A stretch of 64,000 nt of DNA, taken from NCBI GenBank assembly GCA_038087875.1, contig CM075990.1, positions 8,992,001 through 9,056,000 of the forward strand, in the 5' to 3' direction. How positions within the stretch are numbered: position 1 is the stretch's first letter; each line of letters opens with the position of its first letter. A model generated the notes under the pieces. It had not been told where the DNA came from. It saw only the letters and a program-made list of their open reading frames with translations, and searched no databases. Positions 12,098 to 23,924 of the stretch are shown here, piece after piece. The translations under genes were made by a program, and so were the position numbers. The stretch comes from Malacoraja senta (Eukaryota).

Positions 12098-14880
12098 TGT
12101 TTAATAAGGAAGTGCAGATGCTGGAAAATCGAAGGTAGACAAAAATGCTGGAGAAACTCAGCGGGTGAGGCAGCATCTATGGAGCGAAGGAAATAGGCGA
12201 CGTTTCGGGTCGAGACCGTTCTTCAGACTGATGTGGGGGTGCGGGGGGGGGGGGAGGAGGGCGGGAAGAAGAAAGGAAGAGGCGGAGACAGTGGGCTGTG
12301 GGATAGCTGGGAAGGGGAGGGGAAAGAAGGAGAAAGCAAGGATTACCTGAAATTGGAGGTCAATGTTCATTACCTAATGAACTAACCTAAGCGAAATATG
12401 AGGTGCTGCTCCTCCAATTTACGGTGGGCCTCACTCTGGCCATGGAGGAGGCCCAGGACAGAAAGGTCCGATTCAGAATGGGAGGGGGAGTTGAAGTGCT
12501 GAGCCACCAGGATATCAGGTTGGTTATTGCGAACCGAGCGGAGGTGTTGGGCGAAGCGATCGCCAAGCCTATGCTTGGTCTCACCGATGTAGGGCAGCTG
12601 ACACCTAGAGCAGCGGATGCAATAGATGAGGTTAGAGGAGGTGCAGGTGAACCTCTGCCGCACCTGGAAAGACTGCTTGGGTCCTTGGATGGAGTCAAGG
12701 GGGGAGGTAAAGCGACAGGTGTAGCATTTCCTGCAGTTGCAAGGGAAAGTGCCAGGAGAGGGGGTGGTTTGGGTGGGAAGGGACAAATTGACCAGGGAGT
12801 TACGGAGGGAGCGGTTTCTGCGGAAAGCCGAAAGGGGAGAAGATGGGAAGATGTGGCCAGTGGAGGGATCCCGTTGTATGTGACAGCTGGTAGGGTGGAA
12901 GGTGAGGACAAGGGGGACTCTGCCCTTGTTACGAGTGAGAGGATGCGGAGTCAGAGCAGAGTTACAGGGTATAGAAGAGACCCTGATGAGAGCCTCATCT
13001 ATAGTAGAAGAGGGGAACCCCCATTCCCTAAAGAATGAGGACATCTCCGATTGCCCTGGTTTGGAACACCTCATCCTGGGTGCAGATGCGGCATCGATGG
13101 AGGAATTGGGAGTAAGGGATGGAGTCCTTACAGGAAGCGGTGGGAAGAAGTGTAGTCCAGATAGCCATGGGAGTCAGTGGGTTTATAGTGGATGTCGGTC
13201 AGTAGTCTGTCACCTGCGATGGAGATGGTGAGGTCTAGAAACGGTAGGGAGATGTCGAAAATGACCCAGGCGTATTTGAGTGCAGGATGGAAGTTAGTGG
13301 CGAAATGGATGAAGTCAGTGAGTTCCGTATGGGTGCAGGAGGTAGCACCAATGCAGTCATCGATGTAGCAGAGGTAGAGTTTGGGGATAGGGCCACGGTA
13401 CGCCTCGAACAAGGATTGTTCGACGTACCCTACAAAGAGGCAGGCATAGCTGGGGCCCATGCGCGTGCCCATAGCTACGCCTTGGATTTGGAGGAAATGG
13501 GAGGAGTCAAACGAAAAGTTGTTACAGGTAAGGACCAGCTCCGCTAGGCGGAGGAGAGAATCAGTAGACGGGGATTGGTTGGTTCTGCGGTCGAGGAAGA
13601 AACGGAAGGCTTTAAGACCCTCCTGGTGGGGGATGGAGGTGTAGAGTGACTGGACATCCATGGTGAAGATGAGGGAATGGGGGCCTGGAAAACAGAAGTC
13701 ATGGAGGAGACGAAGTGCGTTGAGGTGTCTTGAATATAGGTAGGGAGGGATTTATCCAGGGGGGATAGGATGGAGTCAAGATATGTGGAAATACGTTCCG
13801 TGGGGCATGAACAGGCAGAAACAATGGGTCTGCCAGGATAGTCAGGTTTGTGGATTTTGGGGAGAAGGTAAAATCGGGCCGTGCGGGGCTGGGGAACGAT
13901 GAGGTTGGAGGCTTGGGAGGGCAGGGAGCCGGAGTTGATGAAGTCAGTGATGGTGCTAGAGATAATGGCCTGGTGCTCGTCTGTGGGGTCATGGTCCAAG
14001 GATAAGTAGGAGGAGGTGTCTGAGAGTTGGCCCGTGGCCTCAGACTTATAGAGATCAGCTCACCAGACTACCACTACACCTCCCTTGTCGGCAGGTTTGA
14101 TCACCCAGTCTGGGTTGTTGCAGAGTGAGTGGGGGGGCTGTACGTTCAGGAGGGGAGAGGTTAGAGTGGGACAGGGGAGTGCAGAAGTTGAGGTGGTTCA
14201 TGTCCCGCAGGCAGTTTAAAATAAAATGGTCTAAAGCCGGTAGATGGCCATGAGGGGGAGTCCAAGAGGAGGGGGTCCGTTGGAGATGGGACAAGGGGTC
14301 ATCACTAGGGGGTGAGGACTCCTTCCCATGGATAAATGCTTGGATGCGGAGGCGACGGAAGAAGAAGTGGAACACATTGAGGTGGGGACGGAGGGGAACA
14401 AAGGCGAGGCCTCTGCTGAGGACAGACCATTCGGTATCCGAGAGGGGGAGGTCAGGGAGGATGGTGAACACACGGCAAGGATGGGGGTTGGGGCCGGAGG
14501 AAGGCAGGTGAGTGGACGGAGGCCGAGGCGATGTCTGGTAGGGGGCTGGTGGGTGGTCAGTGAGGAGGGGGGGTATGAGGACTATAGTGTGGGTGGGGAG
14601 GAACTGGGGTCACATGGTTTAAGGGGGAAGGGGAAGACACAGTGGAACAACCACTGAGGTTCTCTGTGTTGGGGGGGGAGCACTAGGACCCAGCACAGTT
14701 AGACCCCGTGATGTCATAGTCTGCAGCGTGGAGACTTCAGGCCCGGTGCTAAGCCTAGGACTCAGGTAAGGCGACGGCTGCGGCCTGCTGGAGGGCGGTG
14801 GAGTGGCGAGGGTCGGTAGAGTCGATAGTCGATGGTGGAGCCCCGCGGGGAGTGGAGCGGTCAGCGGGCGAAGCATAGGA
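12098..14880 (-). mobile_element. Penelope-like element (degenerate RT + Cys linker + GIY-YIG endonuclease + terminal pLTR), probably Neptune-type
   Basis: Frameshifted pieces: LSRGLAFVP, FYLLPKIHK...PGRPIVS, DVQSLYTSIP, GVAMGTRMGP, YIDD, FLDL, CNCRKCYTC, NLIYCIRC...YIGET, VAQHFN. 10-bp TSD TTGGTTGTAA at 12088-12097 and 14893-14902. Confidence 0.92.
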
Positions 14881-15622
14881 GGTTGTAAAACATTGGTTGT
14901 AAAACACTTTGGGGATGTGCTCAGGACATCAAAATAATACAATTCCTTCCTTTGTTGGACTAATTTCACCTTTTGGGTGGAGAATGCGGGGTCATAAGGA
15001 GGGAACGATGGTGGTTTTTAATGGGCGATGGTAATGTTGTGCATCATCTGTTGAGCCAAATTATCTTCTGGTTAAACTGAATGCTATTGTCAACCTGAAC
15101 CATACAGGGAGGAGGAGCAGCAATCTATTAGTGTAGCGAAAAGAACATAAACATTGCATGCTTTTCAACCTGACTTGAAGTTTGATATTAAAATGTATTG
15201 CTTTTCTGAGTTGGGACATGTCATGTTTTGACAGAGATTTTCAGCGGCTGTGGTGATGGAAGATGAGAGATCCTGTTCATTTAGAGTCTAACGAATGTTC
15301 AGGATATATTAATAATGGAACGGATCAGTCCATATAGTTCACAGATACAAAATGGAATGATAATCCTGCAATCTCAAAAGTATCCTCAATCTGTTTATTT
15401 TAAGGCTATGTGTGGTGTTCCAGAGTAAACCTGAATGACCAAGTACTCATGTGCTCCTGAAGACGTGGGCTTGGAGGTTAAGTCACTTTCCTTCTCGCCT
15501 TCCTTCTTATAGCAAAGTTATAAAGAGCAACACAGTGGCACAGGCAATGACTTGGGTTCAATCCTGACCTCTTGCGCGATCTGTATGGATGTTCTTGATG
15601 TGACCACTGGGGTTGTTTCCAT

Positions 15623-15760
15623 CTTCTTCTTGCGTGTGGCATGCACAGCCTAAAGTTGTAGGACAACTTGTTCTATTTGATCTTATTTGATTGTGCACGC
15701 CAGGTTGATTGCATTCGTCGATACAGGGCGGATCACGTGAAGGTTGCAATCTTCCACCCC
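15623..15760 (-). mobile_element. 138-bp SINE-like retroposon with 5' HDV-like ribozyme and (GAA)n tail, copy 1
   Basis: 12-bp TSD GGTTGTTTCCAT at 15611-15622 and 15761-15772. (GAA)n tail. Near-identical second copy at 63755-63921. Inserted in an old V-SINE-like sequence. Confidence 0.85.
15707..15760 (-). ncRNA. Putative minimal HDV-like self-cleaving ribozyme (54 nt)
   Basis: Minus strand reads GGGGUGG-AA-GAUUGCA-ACC-UUCACGU-GAU-CCGCCCU-GUAUCGA-CGAA-UGCAAUC. P1 is 7 bp with a G1.U wobble, P2 is 7 bp, P3 is 3 bp (one C.A mismatch in this copy), L3 has the U..C.CG pattern, and J4/2 is CGAA. Confidence 0.75.
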
Positions 15761-15917
15761 GGTTGTTTCCATAGGATGCTCTGGTTTCTTCTGTCTAGCA
15801 GATATATAGGTTGATAGGTGAACTGACCACCGTAACTGCACCAACAAAGATACAAACGTTCACTGAACCACCCAAATGATATGTGAGTGGTAGAACATGG
15901 CGAGTCGATGGGAATTT

Positions 15918-16418
15918 AGAGAGCATAGGGAGCATTGTGACCAGCTGCATCTCTGTCTGGTTTGGGGACTGCAAAGCCTCCGACTGGAAGTCCGTGCAGA
16001 GAGTGGTGAGGACGGCTGAAAAAATCATCGGGACTTCTCTTCCTTCAATCCGGGACATTGCGTGCAAACGTTGCTTGTCCAAGGCCAACAGCATTATAAA
16101 GGACCCCACACATCTCCATCATGGACTGTTCACTCTGCTGCCCTCGGGCACAAGGTATCGCAGTATAAGGAGCAGAACGGCCAGGTTTTGCAACAGCTTC
16201 TTCCCCCGAGCCATCAGACTCTGGAATTCCATATAATGTGGCACCACTATTATCTTTTTTAAAATCTTTTATCTATTTTATCTTTTTATCCATTTTATCC
16301 TTTTGTTCTTTTATGTTGCACGGTGAGCCAGATGCAACGGAATTTTGTTCAGACTTGCATTTGTTGGTGTATTTTTGAATGACAATAAATTCTTTGATTG
16401 ATTGATTGATTGATTGAA
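15918..16418 (+). mobile_element. Rex1/Babar-type LINE 3' fragment with (TGAT)n tail
   Basis: ESI..IVTSCISVWFG...LLPSGTRYRSIRSRTARFCNSFFPRAIRL, then aatgacaataaa and a (TGAT)n microsatellite. Confidence 0.8.
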
Positions 16419-17403
16419 TTTTGGGAAGTAAAATGGAATTCTGGTGAATGGGTGCAAGTGGACTCAATGGGCCGAAGGTCCTGTTTCTATGCCCTTCAAC
16501 TGTGTGATTCAGTTTAGTTTATTATTATTGCCATGTGTACTGATGTACAGTGAAAAGCTTTTTTTTGTTGCATGCTATCCAGTTAGTGAAAACACTACTC
16601 ATGATTACAATCAGGCCGTCCACTGTGTATAAATACAGGATGAAAGGAATAACATATAGTGCAAGATAAAGTCCGATAAAGCCCTGAAACATCACCCATT
16701 CCTTCTCTCCAGAGATGCTGTCTGTCCCGTTGAGTTACTCCAGCTTTTTGTGTCTATCTTCGGTTTAAACCAGCATCTGCCGTTCCTTCCTACACAAAAG
16801 CCCAATTAAAGATAGTCCAAGGGTAGTCCGAGGATTCTAATAGCACTTACAGTACATATTGATTTAGCAACTATAACTTCATGAAACCATCCCAAAGCAT
16901 TAGTCAGAACAAGCCACTCCAGGAGATGAAAGAACAGAAGATGAAAAGCTTGATCAAAGAGGCACATTATAAAAGGTATTTTAAAGAAGAAAGGAGATGG
17001 TTTCACAGAGGTTATGGCATTAGACATGGGTACCAAAGGTTCAATTTGGGATGTGCAAGAGGCCAAGATTGAGGTGACATAGAGATCTTGGAGGGTTAAT
17101 AAGGCTGAAGAAGGGAGGAACAAGGCTATGAAGAGATTGGAAAAGGATAAGATTTATTACAGTGAGGACCAGGAATCAGTGCGTCAGCCAGCAAAATGGT
17201 AAAGGGTCAACAGGACTTGGTGTGTTAGGATAAGAGGAGCGACATTGAGATTATTCCAGGGTTGCAGAGGGTGGGAGTGGGGAAGGGAGCCAGGAGCACA
17301 TTTGTCAAGCCTAGAGAAAGTCCAAAGTCCATGAAATTGACATGGCAGCAGAAGAGCTGAGGCAGAGGCAGAGGCAAAGTCAACCAATGTTACTTCATTC
17401 AAA

Positions 17404-17542
17404 GTGTTAAAGAAGGAACTGCAGATGCTGGAAAATCGAAGGTACACAAAAATGCTGGAGAAACTCAGCGGGTGCAGCAGCATCTATGGAGCGAAGGAAA
17501 TAGGCAACGTTTCGGGCCGAAACCCTTCTTCAGACTGAAGAA
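17404..17542 (-). mobile_element. Solo Penelope pLTR mini-element
   Basis: Matches the pLTR of the 12098 element. 15-bp TSD GTTACTTCATTCAAA at 17389-17403 and 17543-17557. Confidence 0.85.
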
Positions 17543-18477
17543 GTTACTTCATTCAAATCCTGTCTGTGTCACCAGAATAACAATAGACTTTGTAGACTTT
17601 GGGCTGAATAACAATGGAGTTCTTAACCAACTGCTGACCACACCAATATGCAATTGTGCCGAGCAGAGTTCTGTTAAACATTCAACTTCTCAGCACAACA
17701 TAGCCAGGAATATATTTCAATATCAGTCAATGACTATTGTTCCACAGCAGCTAGAGACATTCTCTGGGCTGCTAATTGGTTGACAAATCTTAATGCTGCT
17801 CCTACAAGGTGATTCAGTGAAAGAAGCACTAAATCAGGCAACCCAGGGCAGGTCATTCAGCCCATTGAGTCTGTGCTGGCTGCCTCTATTACAAGTGAAT
17901 CTTATTCTTCCACACTTTCAGACAGTTCATTCAAAATATAACAAAATATGGCATTTTATAAATAAATCCTCATTTGTTTGTTGCTTTTTTTCTCAATTAT
18001 CTTTTTTTCTGTGTTCCCTGATTCCTGACTGCCTTGACAATGGAAACAGGTTTTTTTCCAAATTTACTCCATCTAGCACCCTTTATGATATTAAACACAT
18101 CTATCAACTCTCTTTTGAACCTGCTGTACTCTAAGGATAATGCCTTTAGCTTCACTGAGGCCTCCATGTTATTGTAATTCCTCATTCTTAGTTACGTTGT
18201 GGGAAAAATAATTATGAAAAGCTTCTTTCAAGGTAGAATTCTTTCAAGATATAGATGTTTAATTATTCGTCACCTGAAATATAACTATACCGTCAGTGGT
18301 GCCATCTTTAGGATGAAAATTTAAATTGAGCCTATGTTTACTCTTTCTCTCACATGCTAAGTATCCAGTTATATTATTTGGAAAATCTAACCTCCTTTCT
18401 ACTTGCTCTGAATAATGGTCTTGTCAACATATACTGTAGGATCTGTGATGTCTATACAACGAAAAAATAGTTAACTA

Positions 18478-19155
18478 AAAGCTGGAGTAACTCAGCGGGT
18501 CAGGCAGCATCTCTGGAGAAAAGGAATAGGTGACATGTCGGGTCAAGACCCTTCTTCGGACTGAGAGTCAGGGGAAAAGGAAACAAGAGATATGGAAGGT
18601 ACATAGGACAAATGAATGAAAGATGTGCAAAAAGCAATGATGATCAAGGAAAGGTGGAGCCCACAATGGTCCATTGTTGGCTGTGGGGAAGGTGATAACG
18701 AGTTACACAGACAGTAAAACTCAACAGGACGACAGTGAAACTAGTACGATGACCAGGGCAGTAGAGGGACGGTGAGAGGGGGGATATAAAAGTTACTTGA
18801 AGTTGGAGAAATATATATTCATACCTCTGGGTTGTAAACTGCCCAAATGAAATATGAGGTGCTGTTCCTCCAATTTGCACTTGGCCTCACTCTGGCCATG
18901 GATGAGGCCCAGGACAGAAAGGTCAGTGCGAAAATGAGAAAGGGAGTTAAAGCGCTGGCAACCGGGTGATCACGTAGGCCAAGGCAGACTGTGCGAGGTG
19001 TTCAACGAAATGATCGCCAGTCTACGTTTCTACCGATATGGAGCGGTATGTATATATATAGATACCCAGAACAGCAGAGACAATAGATGAGGTTAGGTGT
19101 AAGTGAACCTCTGCCTCACCTGAAATGACTGTCGGGGTCCCTGGACAGAGTCTGC
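18478..19155 (-). mobile_element. Penelope-like 3' fragment (degenerate GIY-YIG end plus pLTR)
   Basis: Similar to 12100-12700 (gaaatatgaggtgctgttcctccaattt...; gctggagtaactcagcgggtcaggcagcatc). Confidence 0.8.
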
Positions 19156-19794
19156 TTCTCAAACTCACCCCATTCATACAGTAGAGATGGATTCTCTACT
19201 GGCCCACTGTAGTCATATTTCATGGTCATCCCAATCCTCTTAATGTGTCTATGATACAGCTTAAAGTGCAGATGGATTATGATCCATATAACATCCTCAC
19301 ACCTTAAATGGCATTACAGGATGGACTTTTCTCTGATGAATACCCACACAGTCATGAGGAACAATCTGGGAAATTAATATTGGAAATCTGTAGCTGGATG
19401 TATTCAGGCAATATCTGTGGAAAGGGGAAAAGAGTGAACATGTCAGGTCAAAGGCCTTTCGTCACCTGGGAAAGAGAGAAAACAAGATAATTTGCGGAGA
19501 AGGTGGCAGAGGGATATCTTATATATCTTATAGATATCTTACACCAGGATAGTGTCATTTAAGAGGCATATATTGGCAGATGAATATGTAGGGAATGAAG
19601 TGATATGTATCGCCTATAGGCATAGAAAATTAGTTTAAAAGTATCATGTTCAACACAGACATAGTGGGCCGAAGGGCCTGTTCCTGTGCTGTGCTGTTCT
19701 ATGCTCTATCTTACTCTATCTGGTATTTACATTGGACACTTTCATGCTTCGTCAATCTGAACTATGAACTGTTTACCTTTCATGGATTCAAGAG

Positions 19795-20670
19795 ATACTA
19801 GATACAAGATACATTTATTGGTCACATGTGCCAGTTGGCACAGTGAAATGTGTGGTCACCATACAGCCATACAATAAAAATAAAGAACACAACACACGAT
19901 AGAGAGTTCAACATAAAACATCCCCACACAGCAGAATCAAAGTTAGCCACTGTGAGGGAAGGCACCAAAGTCAGTCATCTTCCTCTAATGTTCCCCAATG
20001 TTCACCCGTGGTCAGGGCCTCCCCGAGCCCACCGCAGTCGCTGCTACGGGCGGCTCGATGTTCAGGCCCGCTCGCCGGGGTGATGTAAGTCCGACGTCGG
20101 GGCTGGGGGAACTCAGCGGCCTGGACATCAGAGTCGGCCCCCTCCTACCGGAGTCCGCGGCTCCCAAAGTCCGCAGGCCATGCTGGGCGGAGATTCAACG
20201 CTGGCGGCCCTCGGTAAAGGGCCCCAGGACTCCGCGATGTTGTTCAGCACCGGCCGCGCTGTAAGCTCTCTCAAACCACAGCTCCACGATGTTGGAGCAG
20301 CGGCCCAACGCTCCGGAGCTCCAAACGGCGATCCAGGTCGGCATCGCCCGCTCCGCGGTGAATTCAGCGCTGCGCCGCCGCTGTTGCAGCTCTGGTCCGG
20401 TTCCCGGTCCCCGGCAGCAAAGGCCGCACCAATCCAGGTGGTAGGCCGCGAGGAGGGGGGCGAGGACGCGACTTGGAGAAATAGTCGCGTCCCCGCCAGG
20501 AAGCGACTGGGAAACAGTTTCCCCCTTACCCTACCCCCCTCCCCCACATTGAAATGTTAAAGTTTCCCCCCAAAACAGACTTTCAACTAACTAAAAATTT
20601 TTTTTAAAGATTGAAAAGACAAACAGGCTGTAGACAGTGGCTGCCGTCAATGCGGCGCCCCTAGTGGCAC
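19795..20670 (-). mobile_element. GC-rich non-autonomous element with Rex1-like 3' end
   Basis: CpG-rich core, T-rich 5' segment on the minus strand, and a tail gtgaccaataaa + short repeats. Confidence 0.6.
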
Positions 20671-20671
20671 T

Positions 20672-21010
20672 AGAGTCATACAGTGTAGAAACAGGCCCTT
20701 TGGCCCAACTTGCCCACACCGACCAACATGTCCCATCTACATTAGTCCCACTTGCCTGCATTTGGCCCATATCCCTCTAAACCTATCCTATACATGTACC
20801 TGTACAAATGTTTCTTAAACGTTTCAATCCTACTTGCCTCAACTACCCCCTCCGGCAGCTCGTTCCATAGACCCACCCCCTCTGAGTGAAAAAAGTTACC
20901 CCTCAGGTTCCTATTAAATCTTTCCCCCCTCACCTTGAACCTATGTCCTCCATTCCCATACTCTGGGCAAGAGACTCTATGTGTCTACCCGATCTATTCC
21001 TCTCATGCTT
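20672..21010 (-). mobile_element. CR1 3' fragment
   Basis: RGERFNRNLRGNFF...LWNELP...GYGPNAGKWD. Confidence 0.85.
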
Positions 21011-21865
21011 TTGCACAGATGTTGCCTGACCTATTGAGGAGTTAGAGCAGGTTCTGTTTTTATTACACCAAGAACTAATATTACACTGGTCTAATATCAC
21101 AGTAGCCCAGAGGTCAAAACACTGAATGCTTCTCCACTGAACACACCTGAAAGTTGAGTTTATTGGCCCTTTTGTATTGCTTCAACAATGCTTTGCTCTG
21201 CAGCAGAGGCATAAGCACCTGGGAACTGTCAGGTACAAGAGAAGAAAAATATGCGTCTGAAACCGCCATCTATTTCATTCCTCTGGCATCTCTCTCTCTT
21301 TCCTGTTATCTCTTCACGAGGATTAAACTTGAACCTGCCTTGCTTCAATAATGAACATTTTATTGCACGAGAAATGGACCTCGGCAGATCTCAAAATAAT
21401 TGATAATGCACCGTGTACTTTTCCTCAGAACTGGGGTTATTAAAGCATGATAGAAATACAAGTCAAGAATATACTGATTGCTTACAGTACAAGTAAGCCA
21501 AGTCATCCAGTTCATAAATTTGATTTAATTTTTGCCGACCTAATGCACAAAGTTAGTTTCACCAACTGGAGGAAGAATTTGTCATTTTGCAGCTCCCAGA
21601 AGCATCATATATATATTAAAAGTAATCTGCTTTCTTACAATCTAACAGACACATTCTTAGATAACTCTTTATTCTACCTCACTGATATGCTTTAGTGAAG
21701 GAATAACCTTGCTCTGATGCAAGGTCTCGACCGGAAAACACCGAGAATGTCTTGTCCTCCACAGATGCCGCTCGACTCACTGGAGTTCCTCCAGTGGTTT
21801 GTTTCTTGCCCCAATTCCAGTGCCTGTTGCCTCTAGGGAAGAAAACCAGTTGCCCTACACATCTG

Positions 21866-22106
21866 TGTAGACAGGAACTGCAGATGCTGGTTTAAATCCA
21901 AGGTAGACACAAAATGGTGGAGTAAATAAGCGGGAAACGCAGCATCTCTGGAGAGAAGGAATAGGTGACATTTCGGGTCGGGACCCTTCTTCAGACTGAA
22001 GTTGAGACTGAGTCTGAAGAAGGGTCTCGACCCAAAATGTCACCCATTCCTTCTCTCCAAGAAAGCTGCCTGTCCGGCTGAGTTTCTCCAGCATTTTGTA
22101 TCTACC
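21866..22106. mobile_element. Fold-back Penelope pLTR mini-element
   Basis: Inverted arms. 15-bp TSD TGCCCTAC(A/G)CATCTG at 21851-21865 and 22107-22121. Confidence 0.82.
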
Positions 22107-22155
22107 TGCCCTACGCATCTGATGTATATACAACTCCAGACTCATGATAGATCTA

Positions 22156-22625
22156 TGTAAGAAGGAACTGCAGATGCTGGTTTACACTGAAGATAGACAC
22201 AAAATGCTGGAGTAACTCAGCGGGTCAGGTAGCATTTCTGGAGAGAAGGAATGGGTGACGTTTCAGGTTTGAGACCCTTCTTCAGACTTAGAGTCTGGGG
22301 AAAGTGAAATGAGAGATATAGAAGGTTATAGGTCAAATGAATGAAAGATATGCACAAAACAATGATGATCAAATAGGGTGGAGCCTACAATGGTCCATTG
22401 TTGGATGTGGAGCAGATGAGTTATACAGACAAAGTCAGAGGAAAAGGTACGAGGAACATCAGGGAGAGGGGAACTAGAGGTATGAAAAGGTTTTCACACA
22501 GTATCTCGAGTTTCCCTCTCCTCTAACTCTGTCTACAGAAGGATCTCAATCGGAAACATCACCGATCCCTTTTCTCCCGAGATGCTGCCTGACTCATTGA
22601 GTTACTCCAGCTTTTTGTGTCTATC
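22156..22625. mobile_element. Penelope 3' fragment with inverted pLTR
   Basis: pLTR on minus at ~22156-22300 and on plus at ~22510-22625. Confidence 0.7.
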
Positions 22626-23267
22626 CATGCTAAATCTCATGGCTCTTTAGCCCAGTGAGTATCTCTAAACTATACCGAACTAAACTGACCTTTGCAGGGC
22701 AACTAGAGATGAGCAACAAAGCTGCTTCATCCATGTCTCCCATATTCCGTAAACAAATATTAAAATGTCAGAAGTTATAATAGCAGCAGGTTAAAAATTG
22801 GTTAAAAAAAAAGATATCTATGTATGTCTGTGAAGGAGTACGTTCTCACTGAAAACAGCTACAGGGGTCATGCATGGCTGAGGTACTTTCCTAATTCGTC
22901 ATCTTTCACACTGACTTGTGGTTACTTGGTCAGGTATTCACAGAGCCAGCATTGAGCATCATCCCAAGTATGAGAAGAAACAGTATCCAATGAAGGGATT
23001 CTGGGGATTAGATGTATTGGGAAGTGGATTCTTAGTACTCAACATTTATAAACTGGAAAATAGGAAAAGAGTGATGAGCAGAAAGCCATTTGCAGACACT
23101 AGTAATACAGAACATCTCACATGACATTCCTAAACTATAGAGTGGACAGCTGGATGTGCATTTAATCACACCCATTGTGCATGCAATCAGAGTGACTGTG
23201 AGGTCAGTGAGTGTGCATTGATCAAACCCATGCGTGTGATCAGAGTGAGTGTGAAATGTGCTGTGCA

Positions 23268-23612
23268 CTTTTTGGAAACGTATGGTGCAAAACAGGTGTA
23301 AAAGCTAATCCGTGACTGCGGATGGTCAAGATTATAAATGATCTTCTATTTTCTTTTCTTCTCATCTTTTCTTTTATTCTCTCTCTTCTATTTTCTATGT
23401 CTCAACTTTCTTATTTCATTCTTTATTTTTCTTTTTCACACACTATATATCTCACATTTTTCTATTTTTCATTATCTAACTTTTTTCTTTTTCTTCTTTA
23501 TTTCAAAAAAAAATTTAAATAAGAAGCTGTACATGAAAGGTATTATGAAAATATGATTGTATACAATTGTACTTACTTCTAATAAAATAAAAATAAAAAA
23601 TAAAAATAAAAA
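23268..23612 (+). mobile_element. 5'-truncated L1/Tx1-like retroposon 3' end with A-rich tail
   Basis: 15-bp TSD GAAATGTGCTGTGCA at 23253-23267 and 23613-23627. T-rich 3' UTR, then AATAAA and an (A4-6T)n tail. Confidence 0.72.
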
Positions 23613-23700
23613 GAAATGTGCTGTGCAGAGCATTGTGCTTGTGGTCAGCTGTTGTGACAGAGAGTGAGGATGATTTGTGCGTGAGCAAGTCCCCGTGTGT

Positions 23701-23832
23701 GTCTGAAGGAGGGTTTCGACCCGAAACGTTGCCTATTTCCTTCGCTCCATAGATGCTGCCTCACCCGCTGAGTTTCTCCAACATTTTTGTCTACCTTCGA
23801 TTTTCCAGCATCTGCAGTTCCTTCTTAAACAA
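23701..23832 (+). mobile_element. Solo Penelope pLTR mini-element
   Basis: gtctgaaggagggtttcgacccgaaacgtt...cagttccttcttaaaca. Flanking direct repeat CCCCGTGTGTGTCTG at 23691-23705 and 23833-23847. Confidence 0.82.
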
Positions 23833-23924
23833 CCCCGTGTGTGTCTGTCTGCCGGTGTGATCATACAAGTGGTGACACCGTGAGCGAGTGTGCAAGTGGT
23901 CAGACCCAGTGTTTGTAAGTTTTT

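Noticed and set aside
12387..13231. Antisense and alternative-frame ORFs of 109-211 aa
   Set aside because: These are shadow frames of the Penelope coding region.
20652..20670. CTCF-like motif CCACTAGGGGCGCC on the minus strand
   Set aside because: It is one G short of the core spacing and lies at a repeat terminus.
23322..23556. Hydrophobic Phe-rich ORFs resembling membrane or mitochondrial proteins
   Set aside because: They are translations of the T-rich 3' UTR of the TSD-flanked retroposon.
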